This document shows, piece after piece, positions 1-9,490 of a stretch of 20,014 nt of DNA (positions are counted from its first letter, which is position 1; every line of letters starts with the position of its first letter). The position numbers were made by a program, and so were the translations under genes. The stretch lies in NCBI GenBank assembly GCA_040289575.1, contig PSLL01000040.1:728-20741 (forward strand). Reading direction: 5' to 3'. Source of the DNA: Candidatus Dadabacteria bacterium (GTDB lineage Bacteria > Desulfobacterota_D > UBA1144 > Nemesobacterales > CSP1-2). The notes below the pieces were generated by a model that did not search any database, was not told the DNA's origin, and worked only from the letters and a program-made list of their open reading frames with translations.

Positions 1-1021
1 GCCTTCCAAGCATCTGATAGCCGCCACAGATTCCAATTATCGGTACCTCTTTGGCCTTTTGAAGTATTCTCTCTTCTATGTCAGACTTCCTTATATGGAG
101 AAGATCAGAAATCGTGCTTTTTGTTCCAGGAATAATTATGGAGTCAGCATCATCTAGGTCTTCTTTTCTCTCCACATAATCAACCACGACACCTTCTTCA
201 TCTTCAAGCGGCCTAAAATCGGTAAAATTTGAGATTCTAGGCAGTTTAATCACTGCAATCCTAATCTTCGAGGACTTGCCTATATGCTTTTTATCCTCCA
301 GTGAAACTGAATCCTCATCATCTATTCTTATTCCTCTAAAGTATGGGACAACACCAAAAATCCTCTTTCCCGTTCTTCTCTCCAAAAAACGAAGGCCGGG
401 TTTTAAAAGATCTACATCGCCCCTAAACTTGTTTATGATAAGTCCCTTTATTCTCTCCCTATCCTCCTTAGAAAGCAGCTCTAGTGTTCCAACAATTGAA
501 GCAAATACCCCCCCTCTATCTATGTCTCCTACTAAAAGAACCGGGGATTTTGCCATATGAGCAACCCTCATATTGACTAGATCATGTTTTTTTAGATTCA
601 CTTCGGCTGGACTTCCAGCACCTTCAATAACTACAATGTCATAAGAATCCATGAGTTTCTCTAAAGAATTCTTTACAACCTTAATTAACCCTTTTTTAAA
701 CTCATAATACTCCTCGGCAACCATGTTCCCAACTGGCTTTCCAAGCACTATAACCTGAGATCCGAAATCGGAACTAGGTTTTAAAAGTATAGGATTCATC
801 TCCACCGTCGGTTCCACTCCTGCAGCTTCAGCTTGAGCTGCCTGGGCTCTTGCTATTTCCTTTCCGTCCAAAGTAACATAAGAATTCAAACTCATGTTTT
901 GAGCCTTAAAAGGGGCAACGCAGAATCCCTCTTGTCTAAATATCCTGCATAGCCCAGCAACAATAACGCTTTTCCCAACATTAGAAGCTGTCCCTTGAAT
1001 CATAAGAGTCTTTGCCGACAT
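1..1021 (-). CDS. cbiP: Cobyric acid synthase CbiP/CobQ (3' end runs off the window start)
   Basis: Not in the ORF track; translated by hand from ATG at 1021: MSAKTLMIQGTASNVGKS...VAPFKAQNMSLNS...ARAQAAQAEAAG...MNPILLKP. The same frame gives the glutaminase motif PIIGICGGYQMLG near position 1-45. Start overlaps the cobD stop (TAATG). Confidence 0.96.
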   Translation of the reverse strand, partial: MSAKTLMIQGTASNVGKSVIVAGLCRIFRQEGFCVAPFKAQNMSLNSYVTLDGKEIARAQAAQAEAAGVEPTVEMNPILLKPSSDFGSQVIVLGKPVGNMVAEEYYEFKKGLIKVVKNSLEKLMDSYDIVVIEGAGSPAEVNLKKHDLVNMRVAHMAKSPVLLVGDIDRGGVFASIVGTLELLSKEDRERIKGLIINKFRGDVDLLKPGLRFLERRTGKRIFGVVPYFRGIRIDDEDSVSLEDKKHIGKSSKIRIAVIKLPRISNFTDFRPLEDEEGVVVDYVERKEDLDDADSIIIPGTKSTISDLLHIRKSDIEERILQKAKEVPIIGICGGYQMLGR

Positions 1022-2121
1022 TATTTACTTCCTTCCGTGGAGTCTAGTTCTTTCAATTCTTTAATTAATTTCTCACATTCATCAATTGGTCTTACACTTA
1101 GCCTAATGAAATTTGGAAGACCAAATGATGCGCAATCACGAACCAATATCCCCCGCCTGAGTAAAGATAGCCTAAGCCTCGTTGCATTATCTACCTTAAC
1201 CATAAAAAAACCCGTTTCAGACGGAACACATTTCTTTCCCATTCTTTCTATTTCTCTTACTAAGTAATCCTTAGACCTTAAAATCTCATGCCTCGATTTT
1301 CCTAGGTACTCCTCATTATTTAGAAGGACTGATATAGCAACCTCCTGAGCAATTGAATTTACATTCCATGGAGGTTTTACCTTCTCAAGATTAGATATTA
1401 TCTCACTGTTTGACAGAGCATAACCAATGCGAAGCCCAGCAAGTCCATGGAATTTTGTAAGCGACCTTAGAATTAAAAGATTTTTGTATTTAAGAAACCT
1501 GATTGAATCCCAGGGGTCTTTCACAGAATCCAGATATGCTTCATCCAGGACAAACAGGATATTCTTATTTTCCTCTAAAATTCCTTTTAATTCTTCTTTC
1601 CTTAAGTATCTACCGGTAGGATTATTGGGATTGCAGAGAAAAGCTATTTTATGGTTACTGGTTCTTAAAAATTCTATGAGCTTATTTGCATCAATTCTAA
1701 AACCGTCTTCTTCTTTCAGTACATAAGATACGAGTTCCGCTCCCATTATTTTACTTGCCCTCTCATACTCTGAAAAAGTCGGATTCGGAATAATGACCCT
1801 ATCTTTCTTATTCAGATAGGCCTGGCAGATAAAGTAAATTATCTCTGTAGACCCATTTCCAACGATTATGTTTTCAGGATTTAGATCATAAATCTCTGAG
1901 ATGACCTTTTTTAATCTATAGCAGCTTGTATCGGGATAGGTATCTATTTTTGTTTGAGCTTTCTTTAAGACCTCATCGGATTCTACAAATGGGTTTATGT
2001 TACTTGAAAAGTCAATTATATTCTCCAGATTGAGATTAAATTCACTTAGCTCTTTGGGGTCAATCCCCCCATGAATCGGAACACTTATGTTTTTGATCTC
2101 AGCTCTTGGATTAATCAACAA
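1021..2121 (-). CDS. cobD: L-threonine-O-3-phosphate decarboxylase (PLP-dependent, HisC-like fold)
   Basis: HGG N-terminal motif, DFSSNINP, GNGSTE, CNPNNPTG, DEAY, RSLTKFHGLAGLRIGY (PLP lysine), ILVRDC; lies between cbiB and cbiP. TTG start, possibly the second TTG at 2118. Confidence 0.88.
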   Translation of the reverse strand: MLINPRAEIKNISVPIHGGIDPKELSEFNLNLENIIDFSSNINPFVESDEVLKKAQTKIDTYPDTSCYRLKKVISEIYDLNPENIIVGNGSTEIIYFICQAYLNKKDRVIIPNPTFSEYERASKIMGAELVSYVLKEEDGFRIDANKLIEFLRTSNHKIAFLCNPNNPTGRYLRKEELKGILEENKNILFVLDEAYLDSVKDPWDSIRFLKYKNLLILRSLTKFHGLAGLRIGYALSNSEIISNLEKVKPPWNVNSIAQEVAISVLLNNEEYLGKSRHEILRSKDYLVREIERMGKKCVPSETGFFMVKVDNATRLRLSLLRRGILVRDCASFGLPNFIRLSVRPIDECEKLIKELKELDSTEGSK

Positions 2122-3043
2122 TCCTCTCCTTTACGAGAATTATCCCTATGCATAACGCTAATGCTAGAGAAGATGTAATGATTAATACCTCCGCTGCATC
2201 TTGAATTGTATTGGTGTGAAGAGGGTTTTTGGATCTTCCGATTCTATAATGACCGGGTTTTTCAAGTTCTACTCCAAGAGAACCTGCAATTGCGCCTATA
2301 CTAAATCCGGCATTAGGACTTTCTGTCTTTCGCGCCTCTCTTAGCATAGTGGTTAAAGGAGAGTAAAAACCCCTTCCAGTAAGAAAGCCCGCGAAGCAGA
2401 TTAAAAAACCCGCTATCCTTGCAGGTATAAAGTTAACGATGTCATCAAGACGTGAGGCAAACTTTCCAAAATACTCGTATTTCCCATGATACCCGATCAT
2501 AGCATCAAGTGTGTTAATAGCCCTAAAAGCCATAGCCCCTGGCACACCGAAAAAAACAAAAGATAACCAGGGAGAAACAACGCTATCTGTGATATTTTCT
2601 CCTACTGATTCAACAGCGGCAGAAATAATTAGCCTTTCATCTAAATCTCCCGTTTCTCGACTTACGAGACTTCTAAGCTGACTCCTCGCCCTACAGTAAT
2701 CCCTTTTAGATAAAGAATCTTTAACCGCTGCCGCTGAAATTTTAAGTGCTCTAATGGCAAATGTAGTTTTTAGGAGAAAAACACTGATTAAAAAATAAAT
2801 GGGATAGATTCTTTCTTTGAGGAACTGGAGGAAGAAATAAGGAGGGATGGTAAAAGTAGTAATCACTAAAAGTGAAAGACATGTACCCAAAAGAAACTGA
2901 AAAAAGGTGTTTCCTTTAAAAAAATATTTCTCAAAGAATCCAATGAGCTTTCCTATATAGACAACGGGATGTAAAACAGCAGGGGGCTCTCCACAAATTA
3001 AGTCAAGAAAAAAAGCAGAAATTAGAATTAAGTAGGTTTCCAT
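2111..3043 (-). CDS. cbiB: Adenosylcobinamide-phosphate synthase CbiB
   Basis: D..GEP...HPVVYIG, LVSRET, AAVESVGEN, RAINTLDAMIGY, FASRLDDIVNFIPARI, SPNAG motifs; hydrophobic membrane segments. Confidence 0.96.
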   Translation of the reverse strand: METYLILISAFFLDLICGEPPAVLHPVVYIGKLIGFFEKYFFKGNTFFQFLLGTCLSLLVITTFTIPPYFFLQFLKERIYPIYFLISVFLLKTTFAIRALKISAAAVKDSLSKRDYCRARSQLRSLVSRETGDLDERLIISAAVESVGENITDSVVSPWLSFVFFGVPGAMAFRAINTLDAMIGYHGKYEYFGKFASRLDDIVNFIPARIAGFLICFAGFLTGRGFYSPLTTMLREARKTESPNAGFSIGAIAGSLGVELEKPGHYRIGRSKNPLHTNTIQDAAEVLIITSSLALALCIGIILVKERIVD

Positions 3044-3049
3044 CTGATC

Positions 3050-3724
3050 TTACTTAGAGAGCTGAGGTTCTCTTTGGCCCCATTTCCCGATGAAAACCAC
3101 TTCTTCTAAAGAGAGCCTTTTAAGCCAGCCAGCCTTCTCTAAATCGGGTTTTTCGGAGAAATGGGTTACATATCCAAGACAAAGATAAGCAACAGGGAGA
3201 ATATGTGAAGGAATTTCGAGGATATCTCTTAAATCATCGTTACTGAGGATGCTTACCCATCCTACGCCGATTCCTTCCGCTCGTGCAGCAAGCCAAAGAT
3301 TTTGAATTGCACAGCAAACACTATATATATCAGTTTCAAGAATACTCGTTCTTCCAATTACAAAAGGTCCGAATCTGTTACGATCGCATGTAACGCATAT
3401 ATTTATAGGCGCCTCCATTATTCCCTCTAGTTTAAACGAGAGGTACTTAGTTCTTCTGGGTTCATCAACTAGGTAAGAACTGGTTTCATTTTCTTTCTCA
3501 AAACTCTCTTTTACTCTCTTTTTTGTTTCTTCATCCCTAATGATAATAAAATTCCAGGGTTGCATAAAACCCACAGAGGGAGCATGATGAGCAGCATTCA
3601 AAATTTTTCTAAGGACATCTTCGTGAATGGGGTCAGATTTAAACCCTGTTCTTACATCTCTTCTCTTATAAATTGCATTATAAACCCCTTCTTTCTGAGT
3701 AGACGTGAAAGTATGACTTTCCAA
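3050..3724 (-). CDS. bluB: 5,6-dimethylbenzimidazole synthase BluB (nitroreductase fold)
   Basis: RRDVR, AAHHAPSVGFMQPWNF, KLEGIMEAP, YSVCCAIQNLWLAARAEGIGVGWVS, AYLCLGY, P.LE..GW; TTG start after an AAGGGGA RBS. Confidence 0.93.
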   Translation of the reverse strand: MESHTFTSTQKEGVYNAIYKRRDVRTGFKSDPIHEDVLRKILNAAHHAPSVGFMQPWNFIIIRDEETKKRVKESFEKENETSSYLVDEPRRTKYLSFKLEGIMEAPINICVTCDRNRFGPFVIGRTSILETDIYSVCCAIQNLWLAARAEGIGVGWVSILSNDDLRDILEIPSHILPVAYLCLGYVTHFSEKPDLEKAGWLKRLSLEEVVFIGKWGQREPQLSK

Positions 3725-3745
3725 TTGTGTTCCCCTTTGAAGAGT

Positions 3746-4519
3746 TTATTTTGATGCACTTCTAAAGCCATGACTAAAGCTTCTATCGTAGAGTTTTGAC
3801 CTTTTTCCACAAGCCTCTAAAAAATCTCCAACAAGAATAAGGGCGGTCTTTGTAATACTTGCACTTCTTACCTTAGGAACAATATCCCTGAGCTTTCCGT
3901 AAATGATTTTTTCATCCTTCCAAGAGGCTCTGTAGATCACAGCACAAGGTGTGTCTTCTTCATATCCATCTTTTAACTCTTTAACTACCTTTTCTATCAT
4001 ATGCACGCTTAAAAATATAGCCAAACTTGCCTTATGCCTTGCAAGGTCTCTTAGTTTTTGAGTTTCAGGTACAAGGGTTCTTCCCTCGCATCTAGTTAAA
4101 ATCACTGTTTGCGATATATCGGGAACAGTGAGTTCCCTTTTGAGAGCCGCCGCGGCAGCAAGGAATGAGCTTACACCAGGGATAATCTCGTAAGGAATTT
4201 TCGCCTTCTCTAGAAACTCTATCTGCTCGTGAAGGGTACCAAATATACTCGGGTCTCCATCATGAAGCCTTATAACTGTTTTTCCCTCTTCTAACGATCT
4301 TTTTATCAAATTTAGAATCTCTTCTAATGTTAAAGGGGCGCTGTCATAAAGCTCGGCACTTGGCTTTGCCCAACCTAGAATCTCCCTATTTAGAAGCGAC
4401 CCAGTGTAAATTATCACGTCCCCTGTTTTAACTAATCTTTTTCCCTTAACTGTTATTAATTCGGGGTCTCCTGGACCCGATCCCACGAAATATATCTTGG
4501 GGTTAGCAACCCTTTCCAT
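3746..4519 (-). CDS. cbiF: Cobalt-precorrin-4 C11-methyltransferase
   Basis: FVGSGPGDPELITVKG, YTGSL, RLHDGDPSIFG, IPGVSS, ELTVPDISQTVILTR, RSKLYD..FSHGFR (CbiF/CobM signature). Confidence 0.95.
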   Translation of the reverse strand: MERVANPKIYFVGSGPGDPELITVKGKRLVKTGDVIIYTGSLLNREILGWAKPSAELYDSAPLTLEEILNLIKRSLEEGKTVIRLHDGDPSIFGTLHEQIEFLEKAKIPYEIIPGVSSFLAAAAALKRELTVPDISQTVILTRCEGRTLVPETQKLRDLARHKASLAIFLSVHMIEKVVKELKDGYEEDTPCAVIYRASWKDEKIIYGKLRDIVPKVRSASITKTALILVGDFLEACGKRSKLYDRSFSHGFRSASK

Positions 4520-4550
4520 TTAACTCTCCGGGTTTGATTGTAAATAAAAT

Positions 4551-5372
4551 TTACTCGGGTACTGCAAGTGGAACTTCTAAAGCCATCTTTTTCATACTGA
4601 GTTCATATTTATTGTGATACCCTCGCGGTGTAATCATAAGTTCCTCGTATGTAAAAGTAGAAGAGTTTCCTATTATTATCGTTGTAAGCATACCGATTGG
4701 GAAATCCAGCATGTGATCAAGATCAGTAATGATAATGTTCTGTCCGTCACGATATGCGCTCTTTACGATCCCGACAGGGGTAGAGCCCTCTCTATATTTT
4801 CGAATCATCTTCTGAGTTTCTACTATCTGCCATGTGCGCCTTCCGCTTTTTGGGTTATAAAGAGCTATTACAAAATCTGCCTGAGCAGCAGCCTCAACCC
4901 TCTTTAGAATGACCTCCCAGGGAGTAAGGAGGTCACTGAGGCTTATTGAAGCAAAGTCATGCATTAGAGGCGCACCGAGAAGTGAACCAACAGCACTTAA
5001 GGCTGTAACCCCTGGAACAACCTCAACCTCAAGCCCATAACTGGGTCTCCATCCGTCTTCTTTTAAAACCTGAAAAATAAGCCCAGCCATTCCGTAGATC
5101 CCAGCATCACCGCTTGAAATCACGACAACTGTATTTCCTTTTTTTGCTATATCTATAGCTTTTTTTGCTCTATCTACCTCCTCAGTCATTCCCGTATAGA
5201 TAATTTTTTTCCCACGAATCAGATCCCTTACAAGCTCAATATAAGTTGTATATCCGACAATCACATTACTTTCCTCTATTACCTTTTTAGCGCGAGAAGT
5301 AATATGATCCTCACTTCCGGGACCAAAACCCACTATAAACATCTTTCCTACTTTTTGTCCTTTTTCACTCAT
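4551..5372 (-). CDS. cbiH: Cobalt-precorrin-3B C17-methyltransferase
   Basis: VGFGPG, IVGYTTY, SSGDAGIYGMAG, GAPLMHDF..ISLSDLLTPW, ALYNPKS, MITPRGY (CbiH/CobJ signature). Confidence 0.95.
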   Translation of the reverse strand: MSEKGQKVGKMFIVGFGPGSEDHITSRAKKVIEESNVIVGYTTYIELVRDLIRGKKIIYTGMTEEVDRAKKAIDIAKKGNTVVVISSGDAGIYGMAGLIFQVLKEDGWRPSYGLEVEVVPGVTALSAVGSLLGAPLMHDFASISLSDLLTPWEVILKRVEAAAQADFVIALYNPKSGRRTWQIVETQKMIRKYREGSTPVGIVKSAYRDGQNIIITDLDHMLDFPIGMLTTIIIGNSSTFTYEELMITPRGYHNKYELSMKKMALEVPLAVPE

Positions 5373-5383
5373 ATAAATTCCTC

Positions 5384-6475
5384 CTATTTAAACCTTATTC
5401 TCGCTATTGCCAGTGTTGCCATTTTAGATTTAACCTTTGGAACAATAAGCTCTCCCCAACTGCTACCAAGAATTGCAGAGGGCTCTGCAACTCCAATAAC
5501 ACCTACGTACTTCATCGCCATTGCCGACGGATTTGGAACATCCGTTATCTGATTAAGCTTATCTTTTGTGAAGTATTGAACTGAAAAGCTATATTTCTCC
5601 GCAAACCTGTTAATTCCCTCTTCTTTTTTTCTATTATCAATTGTTGCGATGCTTTTTACACTCTTTAGAGACAGGCAGTTTTTCTCGAGAGTTGAAACAA
5701 CAAGTTCTTCAACCTCATCTGCCGATACCCCCCTGTCGCACCCGATTCCAAGCACAAGGCTCTTAGGTCTATAGAGAACCGCTTTCTGAAGAATAGAAGA
5801 ATAGCTTTCATTAAGAACTCTATCAGTGATTATCAAATACGCTGCACATCCTTCACTAACCATTGTATCTAATGAGCTGTAGATTTTTATATTTTCGGGA
5901 ATAGGTGTTTTTCTTCTCCACCAGTTCTTTTCTCCTGTACTCTGAAAAAGACCGATTTTTTCTCCATTCACAACGGCAGCACTTACTTTTGTAATGTTTT
6001 CTTTCCCCTCAAGTATCCAGCCAAACTCCCGTCCAAGAATATCAACAGGTATTGTCTTTCCAACATCAGAAGCCGTAGTTATCACAGGCGTTGACTCTAG
6101 AAGCCCTGCTATATCTTCTGTGAGTTCATTTGCTCCGCCTATGTGGCCTGAAAGGACGCTGATTACAAAGTTTGCGTTATCATCAATTGTAATCACAGCA
6201 GGATCAATATGCTTATCCTTTATGTGTGGAGCGATAATTCTTATGACTGCACCGAGTGAAACGAAAAAGACCAAAGCGTCGTAACAAGGCCATATATCGA
6301 CTATAAGTTCTCTCAGTGATAATTCAAAGAAATTGACCCCTCCTCCCACCTCGTCTCTAAATTTGGATGAGACAAAAAGATCGCCCCTTCCGAGGAGGTC
6401 TCTAAGTCTGTTCCCGAGTTTTGCTCCATGCTTTGTTATTGCAACTATAGCGATTTTTTCTACAAAATCACTCAT
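5384..6475 (-). CDS. cbiG: Cobalt-precorrin-5A hydrolase CbiG
   Basis: GAVIRIIAP...DK..DPAV, SVLSGHIGGAN, PVITTASD, LGIGCDRG, GVAEPSA. Confidence 0.95.
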   Translation of the reverse strand: MSDFVEKIAIVAITKHGAKLGNRLRDLLGRGDLFVSSKFRDEVGGGVNFFELSLRELIVDIWPCYDALVFFVSLGAVIRIIAPHIKDKHIDPAVITIDDNANFVISVLSGHIGGANELTEDIAGLLESTPVITTASDVGKTIPVDILGREFGWILEGKENITKVSAAVVNGEKIGLFQSTGEKNWWRRKTPIPENIKIYSSLDTMVSEGCAAYLIITDRVLNESYSSILQKAVLYRPKSLVLGIGCDRGVSADEVEELVVSTLEKNCLSLKSVKSIATIDNRKKEEGINRFAEKYSFSVQYFTKDKLNQITDVPNPSAMAMKYVGVIGVAEPSAILGSSWGELIVPKVKSKMATLAIARIRFK

Positions 6476-7707
6476 TTCTTCTCCCCACTTATTACAAAGA
6501 CCGGATTTAGTGCATCAAACCTTGTAAGCCCTATAAGTTCTTTGCTCCTTGCCACACTTATAAGCGTCGCATCAAAAGTCAAGTTGCACCCCTTAAGCCC
6601 TGAGGTAGCCTCGTGTAGATTTTCAATTGTTACAGCGTTTATAACTATCTTCCCACCGGATTTTAGTACCTCAGCACACTTTGCAATTATCTCCCTCATA
6701 TTTCCCGAACTCCCCCCTATGAACACCGAATCAGGACGATCTTCAATCTCATCAAGACAATCAGGAGCAATGCCACAGATCACCTTTAGGTTTTGCACTC
6801 CGAATTTTTCTATGTTCTTCTTTATGTTCTCAATATCTTCAGGGTTCTTTTCAATTGCATAGACCATGCCTGATTTGGCAATAAGCGCAGCCTCAATTGA
6901 GACGGAGCCCGAGCCGGCTCCGATGTCCCATATAACACTTCGGCTTCTTATATTCATCTTTGAAAGGCTTATAACTCTTATCTCTTGTTTCGTAATAAGC
7001 CCCTTTTGGGGTGTACGCTGAAAGAACTCTTCATCCGCAATACCTATAGTCCAACTCCTCGTTGGCTCTACTTTAAACTCCTCCTCTTTCTTTACAAGAA
7101 TAAGAACGTTTAAAGGAGAAAACTCCATATGGATTAAATCTCCGAGTTCAGCTTCTGTGACCCTCTCATCTTCTCCACCTAAATTCTCACATATATAGAC
7201 TTTAAACCCACTTAGACCATTTTTGAGAAGGAAATCCGCGATTCTAGAAGGTGTGTTTTTATCATCTGTAAATACTCCTATTTTCTTCGCTTTATCTACA
7301 ATATCTAAAAGGCTCTCTATAGGTTTTGCGTGAATACTTGCAAGGACAGCGTCATCCCAGCTTTCTTTTACCCTTGCAAAAGCAATCTGCATTGAGCTTA
7401 CATTGGGGATTACCTCAAAATGCTCTTTTGGAATTTTACTCATAAGATACTTAGCTATTCCATAAAAGAGCGGGTCGCCTGAGGCAAGAACAACCATCCT
7501 TTTTTTATCCAGATTATTGGATATTATCTTTACCACATCACTCAGGTTTGACTTTACAGTAATTTTTTGAGAAGAAACGCCAGGAAAAAAAGAAAGGTGT
7601 CTTTCCCCACCAAAGAGAATTTCAGCTCTTTCAACTATCTCAAGAACCGAAGCACTCAGACTCCTTCTGCCATCATCTCCAATACCAATTATATAAACCT
7701 TATTCAT
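6472..7707 (-). CDS. cbiET: Bifunctional cobalt-precorrin-7 C5-methyltransferase / cobalt-precorrin-6B C15-methyltransferase (CbiE-CbiT fusion, CobL-like)
   Basis: N-terminal IIGIG, GGERHL, LASGDPLFYGI, ENLG..DER; C-terminal ITKQEIR, WDIGAGSGSVSIE, PD.VFIGGS.G, NPV. Confidence 0.95.
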   Translation of the reverse strand: MNKVYIIGIGDDGRRSLSASVLEIVERAEILFGGERHLSFFPGVSSQKITVKSNLSDVVKIISNNLDKKRMVVLASGDPLFYGIAKYLMSKIPKEHFEVIPNVSSMQIAFARVKESWDDAVLASIHAKPIESLLDIVDKAKKIGVFTDDKNTPSRIADFLLKNGLSGFKVYICENLGGEDERVTEAELGDLIHMEFSPLNVLILVKKEEEFKVEPTRSWTIGIADEEFFQRTPQKGLITKQEIRVISLSKMNIRSRSVIWDIGAGSGSVSIEAALIAKSGMVYAIEKNPEDIENIKKNIEKFGVQNLKVICGIAPDCLDEIEDRPDSVFIGGSSGNMREIIAKCAEVLKSGGKIVINAVTIENLHEATSGLKGCNLTFDATLISVARSKELIGLTRFDALNPVFVISGEKK

Positions 7708-7708
7708 T

Positions 7709-8803
7709 CTATCCCTCTGCTCTTCCTATTACGTTTCCATCAAAATCAGTAAGAATCGCCTCAACACTCATTTGTTCTCCTACTCGTTCTTTTGATACAT
7801 GGACGATTTTTTTACACAAGAGATCAAAAAACTCTCTTTTTCCCTGAGCCTCTACAATCTCATATACATGGCGTGCAGAATTTGCTTGTTCAATCTGTTT
7901 AACAACTTCATTATCAATTCCTACTTCATCAGCAAGGCCAGCCAAAAAACCCATATCTACCTGAGACCCGGCAGCGTGGGTTTGTTTTACTCCCATTGCA
8001 GTTTTTGAAAACTTTCCTATCATTCCGCAAAAGGTGATCTTCCTGATTCCCACCTGCTTTGCACATCTTTCGGCAAAGGCAACAAAATCGCCCATTTCAA
8101 CAAATGCCTCTTCTTTGAGATCGGGATAAATTGCCATGGCGAATTTCTCGCTTTTCCCACCTGTTGTAAGTACAATGTGATCACAATCATTTGCATATGC
8201 CACATCTATTGCCTGCTTTATACTCGCTTTAAAAGAAGCTGTAGAATAAGGCCTCACAATACCAGTTGTTCCGAGTATAGATATTCCTCCAATAATTCCT
8301 AAGCGTGCATTAAGCGTCTTCTTTGCAAGCTCCTCGCCCTTGGGAACACTCACTACTACCCTTAAGCCTCTTTTTTTAAGTTCATCCCCCAGCGCTTCTT
8401 CAACCGAATATCGGATCATTTTTCTTGGTACTGGATTTATAGCAGGTTCTCCTATTTCTAATCCAATTCCGGGCTTTGTTACGACTCCCACTCCCTTTCC
8501 ACCCTCTATTTTTATTTCGCCTGAAGTACCTATCCATGAAACACTTGAGCAGATTTCGGCTCCATGCGTCACATCCGGATCATCTCCTGCATCTTTTATT
8601 ACGGAACAGAGAACCTCATTTCCATCGATCTCACACCTTTCAATCTTAAATTTCACTATCCTCTTAATAGGGAGAGTAATCTCCACATCCGATTGGGGTA
8701 CACCTGTAAAAAGAGCAACGGCCGCCGCCTTTGCTGCTGCGGCTGCACAAGCACCGGTCGTAAAGCCTGTGCGTGTCCCCCGTGTCCTTGACCTGTCCTC
8801 CAT
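7709..8803 (-). CDS. cbiD: Cobalt-precorrin-5B C1-methyltransferase CbiD
   Basis: RTGFTTGACAAAAAKAA, KDAGDDPDVTHG, GVGVVTKPG, AINPVPR, TLNARLGIIGGISILGTTGIV.P.S. Confidence 0.97.
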   Translation of the reverse strand: MEDRSRTRGTRTGFTTGACAAAAAKAAAVALFTGVPQSDVEITLPIKRIVKFKIERCEIDGNEVLCSVIKDAGDDPDVTHGAEICSSVSWIGTSGEIKIEGGKGVGVVTKPGIGLEIGEPAINPVPRKMIRYSVEEALGDELKKRGLRVVVSVPKGEELAKKTLNARLGIIGGISILGTTGIVRPYSTASFKASIKQAIDVAYANDCDHIVLTTGGKSEKFAMAIYPDLKEEAFVEMGDFVAFAERCAKQVGIRKITFCGMIGKFSKTAMGVKQTHAAGSQVDMGFLAGLADEVGIDNEVVKQIEQANSARHVYEIVEAQGKREFFDLLCKKIVHVSKERVGEQMSVEAILTDFDGNVIGRAEG

Positions 8804-8818
8804 TTGTTCTCTCCATTC

Positions 8819-9478
8819 TTATCCCTTCTCAGTTGAGAGTCTTATAAGTGCATTCATTGCTGCAACAGCCACTGGGGTTCCGCCTTTTCTTCCCCTAGTA
8901 ACAATATATGGAATATCATAATTACCTAGTTTTAAGGCCTCTTCTTTTGCCTCAATTGCAGAGACAAAACCCACAGGCACCCCAATAACAAGCGATGGGA
9001 AGAGCTTCTTATTTCTTACAAGCCTTATAAGTTCAAAAAGAGCTGTAGGAGCATTGCCGATAGCAAAGACGCTCCGCGGACAAACATTGGCTGCCTTTCT
9101 CATTGAACAGATTGCACGCGTAATGCCGAGCTCTTTTGCCTTTTGTGCTACATCTTCATCACTCATAAAGGAGAGCACCTCGCATCCAAACTTAGAAAGT
9201 CCGGATTTATTTATTCCAGCCCTTATCATCTCAACATCAACAACTATATTTTCTCCTCTTTTTATTGCATTAACTCCGCTTTTTACTGCTTCTGGATGAA
9301 AGACGGTATTTTTTGCAAAATCAAAGTCGGCTGTTGCATGGATTATTCTTACAAGAACCGTAAACTCCTCAGGTGAGAGCTGTGGTTTAGCTTTCATCTC
9401 CTCTAGTTCGGTCTCTATGATCCTAAAGCTTTCGCCCTCTATCGCTTCGGGGTTTATGATTTTAGGTTCCATACTCAT
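8819..9478 (-). CDS. cbiC: Cobalt-precorrin-8 methylmutase
   Basis: IE..SF.II, RIIHATADF, IGNAPTAL, GVPVGFV, GRKGGT.VA.A..NAL. Confidence 0.96.
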   Translation of the reverse strand: MSMEPKIINPEAIEGESFRIIETELEEMKAKPQLSPEEFTVLVRIIHATADFDFAKNTVFHPEAVKSGVNAIKRGENIVVDVEMIRAGINKSGLSKFGCEVLSFMSDEDVAQKAKELGITRAICSMRKAANVCPRSVFAIGNAPTALFELIRLVRNKKLFPSLVIGVPVGFVSAIEAKEEALKLGNYDIPYIVTRGRKGGTPVAVAAMNALIRLSTEKG

Positions 9479-9490
9479 TATTTCTCTTCT